Source: Hemiscyllium ocellatum
Taxonomy: Eukaryota
Length of the DNA: 64,000 nt
NCBI RefSeq assembly: GCF_020745735.1
Contig: NW_026867501.1
Location: 1 to 64,000, forward strand
Direction: 5' to 3'
The first letter of the stretch is position 1. Each line of letters starts with the position of its first letter. The notes under the pieces are model-generated. The model ran no database searches. It was not told the DNA's origin and saw only the letters and a list, made by a program, of their open reading frames with translations. Below are positions 1 through 12,472 of the stretch, piece after piece. The translations under genes were made by a program, and so were the position numbers.

Positions 1-380
1 GCTGTGAAAATAGGGGATAGAAATGGCAAGATTAGGAACCATTGTTAACAAATGAAATTGTGAGATTACCAAGAGGTAAACGGATCTGTACATAAGTTCT
101 GGGCGACTGATAGTCGACAACACTTTGGGCGAATATTGGGAATGTAAGAGTAATCTGAAACGGGAGTTAAGAGGGCGAAAAGAGGTTGGCAGATATGCTT
201 AGAGAAGGATTAAGAATAACCTCAAAACCTCTTATTCATATAGGAGGAGAAAGAGATTAACACGGAAAAGGTTCCAGTCAAGGCCAAAGAAGGAAATATA
301 TGGTGAAGTCAGAGAAAATGGGCGAGATTCTTCATGAGTACTTTGCATCGGTGTTCAACAAGGCGAAAGACGTGGCGGAT
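1..380 (+). mobile_element. Degenerate CR1-like LINE ORF2 fragment (runs off window start; resumes near 1862)
   Basis: Purine-rich ORF2-like sequence ending '...gagtactttgcatcggtgttc' (EYFASVF-type motif), interrupted at about 381 by an opposite-strand CR1. Confidence 0.6.
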
Positions 381-1231
381 CGAACAAAGAACAAAAACGT
401 TTAGAGCACAGAAACTGGCCCTTCGCCCTCCAAGCCTGAGCCGATCCAAAGGTACTGTCTAAACCTGAAGGTCAACTCCTAAGCATCTGTATCCTTCTAC
501 TCCCCACCAACTCATGCATTTATCTAGACGTATTTTAAGTGAACCTACCACCTCTACCACCTCTGCTGGCAACGCATTCCAAACGCCCACCAACCTCTCT
601 GTGAAGTATTGCCGCGTGTTTCCCTTAAACTTTCCAACTCACACCTTGAAAGCGTGACCTCTTGTAATTGAATCCTTCCCCTGGGAAAAAAGCTTGTCTC
701 TAATCCACACTGACTATACCTTTCATGATTTTATAAACCTCCATCAGGTCCCTCTTCAATTTCCTTTTTTCTAATGAAAATAAACCAAATCTACTGAAAC
801 TTTCTTCATAGCTAGCACCTTCCATACCAGGCAACATCCTCGTAAATCTTCTCTGCACCCTTTCCAAAGTGTCCACATCCTTTTGGTAATGTGGCGACCA
901 GAACTGTACACATTAGTATACTAAATGCGGCCGAACGAATGTCTTGCACAGTGTTAACATGATTTGCCAGCTCTTGTACTCAATACCTTTGTCCACTGAA
1001 GGCAAGTATACTTTATGCCTTCTTGACCACTTCATACATCTATGCAGTAACCTTTCAGGGTACAATAGATCTGCACTCCCAGAACTCTCTGCCTATCAAC
1101 TTTTCCAAAGGCTTCTTCCATTCATTGTATAATTCGCTCTCGAACTTGTCTTGCCTAAATGTATTACCTCACATTTGTCTGGATTTAAATCTGCCACTTT
1201 TCTGCCCAACTCTCCATTCTATATATAAATA

Positions 1232-1262
<31 letters not shown>

Positions 1263-1272
1263 AGTGTGTGTG

Positions 1273-1305
<33 letters not shown>

Positions 1306-1860
1306 ACTTAATGCTCTGACAGTACCTTATGCTTTCTGCTACTGCACCAACCTTCGTGTCCTCGGCAAATTTGCTGATCATACCAAGATAGCCCTCTACC
1401 AGATCATTTATTTATATTACAAACAACAATGGCCTCAACACTGTCCCCTGTGGAACACCACTGGCCACCTTTCTCCATTTCGAGAAACTACCTTCAACCA
1501 TTAATCTCTCTCTCCTGCTGCTCAACCAGTTCTTTATCCACCTAGCTAGAACACCCTGCACACCATATAACTTCACTTTCTCCATTAGTCTACCATGGGG
1601 AACCTTATCAAACCTTACTCACGTCCATGAATATAAAATAAACAGCTCTTCCTTCATCTATCAACTTGGTCAGTTCATCGAAGAACTCCTTTAAGTTGGT
1701 AAGGCACGATCTCTCTCGTACAAAACCCTGTTGCCTATTACTGATAAGCCTATTATTTTCTCAATATAAATAGATCCTATCCCTCAGTGCCTTGTCCAGC
1801 AACTTTCCCACCACCGCCGGCAGGCTCGCTGGTCTGTAGTTACCCGGACATCCCTACTAC
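381..1860 (-). mobile_element. CR1-like LINE 3' fragment nested in an older CR1
   Basis: Reverse-complemented tail (gaacaaagaacaaa...ggcccttcg) at about 381-430; CR1 RT-type sequence further in (ccatggggaaccttatcaaacc at about 1590). Confidence 0.75.
1220..1307. repeat. Compound microsatellite (TA)n(TG)n(AT)n(AC)n
   Basis: Seen directly in the sequence. Confidence 0.95.
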
Positions 1861-1861
1861 C

Positions 1862-2958
1862 CAGATGTTGAGCTTTGGGATAGATTTTTGATTACTGTAT
1901 AGGTAAAATCAGCACAAGGAGGGAAGAAGTGTTGTATATTCTAAAAGACAGTAAGGTGGGCAAGTCCCTAAGTCCGGGTGGAATATATCGTAGGTTACTG
2001 GAGGACACGAGAGCGAGGAATTAGGTGGGGCTTTAACAGATATCGTTGTAGCACCGTTGGAACCAGGGGAGGACCCAGAGGACAGGAGAATTGCTAATAT
2101 TTTCCCCTTGTGTAACAAGGCTAACAGGGATAATCCAGGTAATTACAGACCTATGAGCCTGACGTAATTAGTATGGAAACTACTGGAGAAGTTAATAATG
2201 AATGGAATATTTACCCATTTGGAAGATAACGGGCTTGCCAGTGATATGCAGCATGGTTTTGTGCAAGGAAGGTCATGTCAAACAAATCTAAGAGAATTCT
2301 TTGAAGAGGTGAAAAAGTTGATTGAAGAGGGAAGGGATGTAGATATCATATACATGGACTTTAATAATGCGTTTGATAAGGTTCCCAAAAGTAGGATGAT
2401 GAAAAAGGTGAGTTCGCATGGTGTCCAGTGTGTTCTAGCTAGATGGATATAACTGGTTGGGCAACCGGAGACAGAGCTTAATAGCAGGAGGAGCTTCTCA
2501 GAATCGAGACCTGTGACCAGTGGTGTTCCACAGGGCTCCGTGCTGGGAGAACTGTCATTTGTGAAGTACATAAATTTTTTGGAGGAAGATGTGGATTGCT
2601 GCAGCAGCAAGTTTGCAGATGACTTTAAGATTGATGGAGTAGCAGATAGTGAAAGAGAATACGGAAGAATATAGATAGATTGGAGAAGTGGGAAAGAGGA
2701 ATGGCAGATGGAGTTCAATCCGGACGAATACGAGGTGATACATTTTTGAAGATACAATTCTAGAGCGAACTGTACAGTAAATGCAAATGATCTGGGGAAA
2801 ATCGGTGTACAGACAGATCTGGATGTTCAGGTCCATTGTTTTCTGAATGTTCGGCAACGCAGGCCAGTACAGTGGTCAAGAATGCATATGGCATGCTTTC
2901 CATCATCAGCAGTGTATTGAGTACAAGGGTTGACAGGTCATGATATAGTCGTATTAGA
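1862..2958 (+). mobile_element. CR1-like LINE reverse-transcriptase region, degenerate
   Basis: ORF 2198-2452 reads QHGFVQGRSCQTNL...VDIIYMDFNNAFDKVP; downstream 'gtggtgttccacagggctccgtgctggga' (GVPQGSVLG) and 'aagtttgcagatgac' (KFADD). Confidence 0.9.
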
Positions 2959-3194
2959 GCTGAAAATACACGACTGAACCAACTCCTTCTTGATCAATCT
3001 ATCTGTCATATGTTCTAGTACAAACTAGTCAAAAAAAAGCAAAACATTGCGGAGCTGGAGATCTGAAACAAAAACAGAAAGTGCTGTAGAAGCTCAGCTT
3101 GTCTGGCAGTATCTGTGAAAGAGAAACATTTCCAATTCAAAATTACTGTTCTCCAGCACGAACAAGACGTAGAAAATTGCTGGAGTTTAGAATT

Positions 3195-3409
3195 AGAGCT
3201 GAAAATGCGTTGCTGGTTAAAGCACAGCAGGTCAGGCAGAATCCAAGGAACAGGAAATTCGACGTTCTGGGCCAGAGCTGATGAAGGGCTCTGGCCCGAA
3301 ACGTCGAATTTCCTGTTCCTTGGATGCTGCCTGACCTGCTGTGCTTTAACCAGCAACACATTTTCAGCTCTGATCTCCAGCATCTGCAGACCTCACGTTT
3401 TACTCGAAG
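3195..3409. mobile_element. Penelope-like terminal repeat as an inverted dimer with a minimal hammerhead-like core
   Basis: About 84-bp arms (3195-3278 and 3287-3371) around CTGATGAAGGGCTCTGGCCCGAAACGTC; partial copies at 36625-36700 and 45313-45505. Confidence 0.7.
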
Positions 3410-3790
3410 ATAGTCGTATTAGACTTTGGTTTGGCAACATTTCGAATGCTGCGTACGGTTCTCGTTGTCACATTACCAAAATGGTGTGCATGCTTTGAAG
3501 AGGGTGCAGATGTTCCCGAAGGTTTTGCCTGCTATGGAGGGTGCTAGCTATAAGAAAGTTTTGAGTAGACTGGCTTGGTGTCATTGGAAAGGAGGTTGAG
3601 AGGGGACCTGATTGAGGATTACAAAATCATGAGAGGTTTGAACAAGGTGGATAGCAGGAACCTTTGGCCCAAAGTGTAGGACTTAATAATATGTCGGAAG
3701 CAAAGGGGTATGCTTACTTATAAGGTTTACATAGGGTGTATGGATCGGTGCAGCTTTCGTAGGCCGAAGGGCGTGTTTCTGTGCTGTAAT
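3410..3790 (+). mobile_element. Continuation and 3' end of the CR1 interrupted by the Penelope insertion
   Basis: Resumes after the duplicated 14-mer ATAGTCGTATTAGA; ends in 'gtaggccgaagggcgtgtttctgtgctgta', a CR1 3' tail. Confidence 0.75.
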
Positions 3791-6700
3791 GTTTTTGTTC
3801 TAAGCCAGGTATTTTTCAATATGTACTTTCAGTTGCATCACATTGCAAACTTCTGCTATAAATTCTGTGTCTTACTATCTTCTACTCCATAGCCACCTGA
3901 TGAAGGAGCACCACTCCGAAAGGTATTTTTAGAGAAAATCGTGTGAAACATTTTTCCTTGCCAGCATTGTACTTTATGCTGGAAAAAAATGGTTCTGCTT
4001 ATAAAAAGGTTCATTCCAGAAAACAATCTATCTCTCATATAATAATGCAAAATTTTCCAGGGCAATAAATGACAATAAGAATAAAACCAAAAACACAAAA
4101 CGTGAAGTTGAAGAATAGGGTTAAAAAACAAAAATATATTTTAAAACCTGACACGAAATATTCAACTATTACATCATAAAATGAACAACAGTTCGTTCTG
4201 ACGGAGTACATATCACTGCTGATTAAACGCAACACACTGCAAAGAATTCGTTCAGAACTCTTTTGAGAACGTTGGCAGACGACTTGTTCAATTTAAGTGA
4301 TTGTTTGCTACCTTATCGGATGTTAAATTGACCGACAAGAGCAAAGTTCGTTGCCCATTTAATTTTAACTGAGTCCATTTCATTTCAGAAAGCAGATGAA
4401 AATCCATTACATTGTGGTCAGTCCAGCGTCATGTGTGAACCAATCCTGCAGTGACAAAAGACATCCTCATCCTATGGACATTTCTGTTAAAACGTGTTGA
4501 TTTATTTGTTACCATATCAAATAAATTCATTCAGTTCTTCAACTGATTATTGCCAATTTTATTATGTGTCAGTAGGAACAACGACAAGATGAGAGATGAG
4601 ATATTATTCCAAGAAAGAGCATTTTACGATATAGCCATTCTTTCGTGCGGTACTGTAATCTCAATTTGAACAAATGGCTCTAACAATAGTTGGCATGAGA
4701 AGTGAAAAGATTCAACCATGAATGCGACATTTTTTGTCATTTCTTACATGATGGAAAACCACTCTAACAACCAAAAACTAGAAAATATTCACATTAACAT
4801 CGGTTCATGACAGCAAAAGTAAATATGAACCTACGATTGGGAGTTAACCAAAATATTGGTGTGCATAACAAAGCAGTACTGACAAGTTTTTTTTAAACTG
4901 TAAAATGCGGCTAATGTCTTGTTCGTGATCAATACGAAGCCCAAGTGATTATTATTAACTGGAAATGAGTTTTACATGGGACACATGGACGGCACTTGTG
5001 TTTCAATGTTGCGTTAAAAACAACTGATCCCACTTGCAGAAGAATTGAGCTTAAGGTCTGACATTGCGGCTTCAAACCGACACATGCCCATTTGCCCTAT
5101 ACAGGGTAGCCAAGGCATCTCACACACTCAATCTTTCTCCAACCATATCTAGTTCAGTCTACGTTCACAATGTAGTGCCAAATAATGTTGCTGAACTATA
5201 TGATCGCGGCTATTTATAGTCAACATTCGGGGAACTGACCTTCACCAATGTCTTGTTTATCTGGAAAGTCTGTAGAAAACTGCAGCTGTAGCAAAAACTG
5301 GAAACAACCTATTAACGTAACTTGCTGTTTATACTGAGTCTGAACATTTCTGTACAGTCCTATTCCTATCTCTATCCAAAGTTTCTGACACCCTTGATAA
5401 ATGGCAACGTTCCTGACCTGCTGTGACTTTCCAGCTCCACATTTTATCGGTATTGACTTCGAGCACAACAGTGCTTACTATCGCCAAGTCGCTTGCACGC
5501 TTTTCTAGTTTGACAATCTCCAGTTTCCTGCCACTAATTCACTATTTATCAATGCAGACGTCAAATCAAGAGAGCAGTTAAAGTTGATACAGTCATAACA
5601 GCCCACTCAGCTTTGGGGAAACCTCCAAATAGAAACAGCCTCATTGAGATGGCACAGTATTTGGGAAAAATGTCAATCTGGAATGTCTATCACCATATTT
5701 TGAGTGAAGATGTGAACTTTGTGGTGATCTCTGTGATTTTATATTGATTCGAAGGAGCACGACAGGCCTTTCTGCAATGTTAAAAATAAATTAATGGAAG
5801 AAAGAGGATTCAAACTGACGTTGATTCGGCCACATGCATATTTACGTTAAAAAGTATTGTTGGAGTGATCGTAACAATAAGGAGAATGCATGTAAACAGG
5901 TAAAACCCTCTTTCGATGATCTGAGAATTAAGAGAAATTTCTGTCTTTTTTTTAAGGGTTCACTGTGTCAATAACTAGGAATTCAATAATATCGCGATAT
6001 GCAAGTAACCTGGGAAAAGTCGGTTATTATTCCTGACTTAGATTCAGATTGTGGGAGAATAGGAAATTGAATCAAACTAAACAATTATCATCAGGAATTG
6101 GAACAGAAGTAGTGACAATTAAACTACTGAAGTGTCACAAAATTCCAATTTATGACTATAAGACAAGGTAGAGAACTCTGCCAGCACAAATTTCGCCTTG
6201 AAATAAAGACTGGCATGAGGATTCTAACATAAACACAGCAGTGCTTCAACGTAAAATGATTCATCGTGAACACACATCGTTTCACACAGAGACATTCATC
6301 CTCACACGCACAAACACACACACATACGCACACACATGCGCTTTTTGCTTATTTCAGTTACTTCAAAACGAGTTTTGTGATGTCATCATTGATCCATTTG
6401 ACTTTCTGAAAGTTCTGTGTCTGGTGAAAACAAATAGATCCCGTATCATACTTAAAGTGTTAACACAGTTAACTGATGTGAACCCAGGCTCACTTTGCGA
6501 TAGTCAGTGTTTAAGTTCAATGGCTATCTGATTTTAGGATTTCAACTTCTATGTTATATTGCATTTTGTTGTGTTTTTACATGTTCCGCAATGACGGTTG
6601 ATACTTAATTTAATGTTTCCCTAATTATATCCCTTGTGCCTTTCTCTGGCTCTTCCTCGGATTTCCCAGGAGACATTTCAACTCATTCTCTTGCGTTCTT

Positions 6701-9700
6701 AGTCTCCATTTCTCCATATTGCTGGATATGTTTCTCTCACGGGATGGTAATCCAAGTCCGTTCATGTGATGATGTCAACCTCCTTGCCCTTCCCCAATTT
6801 TCTACCTTTTACCTTCGCCCTGTTTATTTCCCTAAATTCGATCAGCTTTATTGTCGGCTGACTCCACTTAATGTTCCCCCCTGAGTCTTCATCCTTTTCT
6901 TGATTGGATCTCCTGACATGTAAAAATAAATATTTACTCTTATGGTCCAACAGATGGCACTTTAGTCAACTCGACTCCTTGGAAGCATGGAAATGTGATT
7001 ATGTTCCTTTACCATAGCATTCCAGAATTTAGTACGAATTACTTTTGTAGAAGCAAACTTTAACCAATAATCTACACCAATTCAAACAAAGTCAACCATA
7101 TCGGTGCTTAAAACCAATGACTTGATAAGATAAATTCAATAACAGCAAGGTATCTGTTGTTGAAATCAATTATGGTTCATACTTTCTTTATTGATTCTGT
7201 TGAAATAGACAATTGCAAGAACCTGATATGCTCACGACAAGCCAACACAAAGCAAATGCATCCATTATCCTGTAAGTTATTTGTGTAGGCAGAACTATTA
7301 ATGTCTGACCATTTAATCAACAGGTACTCAATCATAGGAAGATAAGATACTCACCGTCTGCCTGGAATTTGGAATACTCGAAGGAAAACAGAAGTGAAGG
7401 CTACTTTTACGTGGTAAGCCAACAATAATACAACAGGTACTCATGGCAATTATTTCTTTGGAAAAGGATAACGAAGAAATGTGTCTCCAGCGGTCGTGTC
7501 ATTGATAACATGTAAACACATTCGATTGACCTATTACTCTGAGTAAAGTTATAACTGCTTCTTTCCGTGAACATTTTTTTTTGATTGTACATCGGATTGA
7601 ATCCCAATTAAACTAAATCTCCAATCAAAGACTGCATGTGTTGCAGTTCAGACCCAAAAACAGAAAATGTGGGAAAACTCAGCAGGTCTGGCAACATCTA
7701 TGACAAGAGAACTAATTTGATTCGAACTGTTAACGCTCTTTTATTCTCTCCAGTAATATTCATGATCCATCTTTTGTCACACAACAGGAAAATGCAAATA
7801 AAGAAATTGCTACATCTATAGCGATAATTTTAGTTGCGTATTCTATGTCGGAACGTACTCGCCAGAAAAAAACTGTTTTCCTGTACGTTGTACCAACGAA
7901 CATTCAAGAGTTTTCACTCTCCTAATCGCAGTAGATGCTTCTCCAAGGAGCAGCATCAATTCGACTGCAGTATAATACCTGCTATGTTTCATTATAAATG
8001 TTCTGATGAACGATTAATTTATTATGAATATTAACATTTGTTTTTTTTAATCTGGGAGAACATAGCATTTTTCACAGTTTATCATTCCACATCTGCTGCT
8101 CGTAAACCATCATTAATATCACACTGATCAGTTAATCCCCACTTATTTCATAAAAGTAGGAGGCCTTAAAATTATGGACGTATCCATGAATATGAACCAC
8201 CATAATCGCACTACTAATCTAAACCTTGCTTTTCATTAGTTGGATGGAGTTCAATGGTCACTGCACAGATATTTTAATGGACGTTGTTGGCACAGACATC
8301 AACCTATGAGCCAACCCTTTTCACTATGCCAGGAAATCAGTTTAAATACTTGGCTGGAGATTTTGTTTGCAGAGGAATGCAATGCCAACAGCGTGGGTTC
8401 AATCCCAAACACTGGCTTGAGGTGACCATGGAGGACTCTTATTTTCAGCCGCTTGCCTGAGGCCTGGTGGCTCTCAGGTTCGATCATCAGCAGTCACCTG
8501 TCACCAATGAGCGAGAAGACAATGGGTCTGACAATTATTTCTTTGGCAAAGGATAAAGAAGAAATGTGTCTCCAGAGGTCTTATCAGTGATAACATGTTA
8601 ACATATTGGATTGACCTATTACGACGTCCTTTAAAATATCTGTGCAGTAACCATTGAACTCCATGCAACTAATACAAAGCAAAGTGTCGATTAGTAGTAC
8701 GATTATGGTGGTTTATATTCACGGATACCTTCAATAATCTTAAGGCACAATCTATGGCCACACAAAACAACAATTTACGACTTCGAGCCCGAAACCTGAC
8801 GGAATTGAAGGGGCAACACTAGGCTTTAATTTCTGGGTGGGTTCCCAGTTCCAGTCACAATTGTCCCTCTGATGTCAGTCGAAACAATGAGCCGTGAGCT
8901 GTTAGGTGCGACCTGCTGACTATGGCAACAATAAGCCAATCTTCGGAGACTCCAAGGTAACTGAATATTAACACTGTTCTTGAGCTAAAGAATGTTAAGA
9001 GCAGTTTGCTTTGTGCGAACTCGCAAATATGTCAGTTCCTTTCCATTTATTCGTCATTACTGCAGCTCTCATAAAATGTACACACTTGTTCATATACCAG
9101 CATGATTGACACGTATTTTCTTTTAAAAAGGTTCAGTCACAGATGATGTTAAATACTGTAGCTTCATAAAAGCATTAAATTTCTACATTTACGAATTTCT
9201 GGCGGTATTGCTGGTGCAGACTCGATCTCCCAGGAGCCAGTTTCAGTGATGATGTTTGGTGATACGGTGACCAATAGGTGCAGTTTTTGAACCACTGCTA
9301 CTACATGTTCTTTGCAACTATTGCGTCAGGTTTGCAAGAAAACCCTGAAACTCTTGATCTACTTCTCTAATTATGGCGATGCTATCAGAGCTAAGGGTGT
9401 GGGGACTCGATTTGCTGCTGATTGTGACCGTGTGAAAAGGAAGGGGAATTTTACTATTCATGATCTTCGGCTCTCTGTAGGTGTGGTGGATTACTGCGGA
9501 CTGATAGACACAATGACATAGATCATACGAAGCCTGGTTCAAAAACTTGTAGTTTTAAAAGCCTTGGAGCCTTAAAGGAAGGGGAACGGCTAAAAAAAAA
9601 CAATCTGTGGTGCGCTGGTGGGATTGGGGGATGTACACAGATAACCATCACTGAAGAAACTAAACGTTTATGGACAATGTCTCTACATGACTGTTCCCAT

Positions 9701-10426
9701 TATCACTCTGAATACTCGAGTGAAATTCCAGAGTTAAGTTAACTCCACAATGAGGAATTATTTGTAGAAACATGGTGAATGCATTTGTTGTCCCTTCAAA
9801 TGCATATTCTGTGTTCTGTTTCTCCAGTGCATTGTTGACTTTCCCAATCTTTGTTTGGATGCTGCTAATACGGAGTGCTCAATGAAAATCTCTCCTTGAT
9901 ATGTACCACTTTGACGTTTCTCAGAACTCACTCAACTGCAAACTGAGACTGTCTAGTGACGGTGAGTGAAAACGAACCTGTCAATCTCACTCCAACAATT
10001 GCAGTCTTTCACTGAAACTATTCCTTTCTGGTCAGTAACCGTCCAAGCTGTCTGTAAACTCTGTTCGAAGTAGTGATATTCCACATCAGTAAGACATCAA
10101 ACTCTGGGTCAGCTCAGTTAGATATTAAGCTGTGTCTCAGGTCAGGTAGAGATCAACTTGTAGCTTCATGTAGTGCGCGCTCAAAGTTTCTCCAGGACAG
10201 TTAATGACAACATATCCATGTGTACTTTTTTTTCTACTCATCAGAGTGCACCAAGGATGAACACAGACTTTCGGAAGCTAATATATGGCAAAATTGTTAA
10301 TACATAAAAAGCCAGAAATTCATTCATCACTTTTCGAATGATGTACAGAGAACATCTTTCATAAATGGGGCAGAGGAAACTTTCCTCCAATACTACACTC
10401 ATAATTGTCCATCGTTAAATATTGGA

Positions 10427-11140
10427 CATAGAGTCATAGAGATGTACAACTTGGAAACAGACCCTCCGGTTCAACATGTCCATGCCGACCAGATATCCCA
10501 AACCAATCTAGTCCCACCTGCCACACCCGGCACATATCCATCCAAACCCTTCCTATTCATATACCCATCCAAATGCCTCTTAAATGTTGCAATTGTATCA
10601 GCCTCCACGACATCCTCTGGCAGCTCATTCCATACACGTACACCCTCTGCGTGAAAATGTTGCCCCTTAGATCCCTTTTATATCTTTCCCCTCACCCTAA
10701 ACCTATGCCCTCGAATTCTGGACTCCCTGAATCCAGGGAAAAGACTTTGTCTATTTATCCTATCCATGCCGGGCATAATTTTGTCAACCTCTATAAGGTC
10801 ACCCTCAGCCTCTGTTGTTCCAGAGAAAACAGCCCCAGCCTGTACAACCTCTCCCTGCAGATCAAATCCTTCAACCATGGCAACATGCTGGCAAATCTTT
10901 TCTGAACCCTTTTCAAGTTTCACAACATCTTTCCGATACAAAGGAGACCAGAATTGCACGCAATATTCCAACAGTAGCCTAACCAATGTCCTGTACAGCC
11001 GCAACATGACCTCCCAACTCCTGCACTCAATACTCTGACCAATGAAGGAAAGCATACCAAACGCCTTCTTCACTATCCTATCTACCTGCGACTCCACTTT
11101 CAAGGAGCTATGAAACTGCACTTCAAGGTCTCGTTGTTCG
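10427..11140 (-). mobile_element. 5'-truncated CR1/HER1-like LINE 3' end
   Basis: Tail 'catagagtcatagagatgtacaac...'; minus ORF contains VMLRLYRTLVRLLLEYCVQFWSP. Confidence 0.9.
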
Positions 11141-12472
11141 GTGCTTTTCAAGATGAAATATGGAAATTTCTGTATGCTCTGCACATTGTGCTCCTCATGC
11201 ATCGCCCACTGCCTATTCCATTCGCGTTGTTCAATTAGAGCCATTTTCATATTTTTTTTGTCCGAGGCTCTGTCTTTTTCCTGTCACTCTGAATCTTAGG
11301 CATGCACCCCAGTGTCAGATCGCTGCAGCTCACCGATGGCGAAATTCCCTTCATTTGTGAAGTGTCCAGAGATGCAGGAAGTCCGGAGCACACGATCTTT
11401 GCTTTGACGACATTTCAACAATTTGGAATGTAGATTAAGAATATCAGAGATTTACCGGATCCCTGAAGGTAAAATTGCAATATTCAGATCGTACATACTG
11501 AATAGTGGAAAAGAATAATCGTGAAATTTCCTTCATATTGTGTCACTGTAACTGGCTCCTGTGGAATAGGATTTGCAGATTTAACAGCTACAGATATATA
11601 GAAAGTAAATCATAATAAAATGATGATTTTAATCAATGTTTCAAATTAAAGCATATATTTTATTACAGATAAACACAACTAATGAAAAATACTGCAGACA
11701 TGTTACCCAAAAGTGATCAATTCACAGCACAACAACTTAACTCATAACAAATTGTGCCTTTTAAGAATGAGCAAATAGGAAGAGCCAGCATGTTTGGGTC
11801 TGATCAAAAGGGATTAAAACTGAATTGTTTCAGCTGAGTTCAAAAGCATGTCGCATCTGAACTCCATGCAAATTAATTCAATTCTGCTGGTGTCATCAAG
11901 GATCACTCAATCGCTTTACACCTCCCTTGTCTTCAATCCATGATATCAAAGTGCTCGCCACGTGAACGCAGAATGGAGGCTGTAAGAAGCTAATTGGCGC
12001 ATCTGAACTGATCCACGTTGTCTGGCTGAATCACCTAATCATCTCTGTCCTTTAAGGAGCACTAATCTATCAACGTAGGTCGCAAATATACTCAGCACCA
12101 TGGCAACATTTTTTTTCTGATGATGGAATAAAGCTTAAATGAGTTTTAACTTCAATTTTGGTCATTGACAGAGTCTGTCTGGGAAATTGATGTGTAATGG
12201 CTAACGTTGTTGTGGCATCAGTCCGCTGTTCAGTTACCGTGAATCACTCACACAGCAATTCTCTTACAGGAATGGACTGAAATGTCTGTGTCTGACCGCT
12301 GTTATAAGCTGCCCTCAATAACGAAAGCGTTCTGCACATTTCATCCTTTCATTCGATCTGAAAATCTTTCCATTCCTTTCTCACTCACGTTTATCTTGGT
12401 GTTCTGTTAAGTACATCTATGTTATTCATTCGTGCTCCTTCTGGTAAAGACAGCCGCATTCTACTTGTTCAC

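Noticed and set aside
2278-2757. 159-aa minus-strand ORF, and similar ORFs at 41685-42386 and 10573-11038
   Set aside because: Antisense frames of CR1 ORF2
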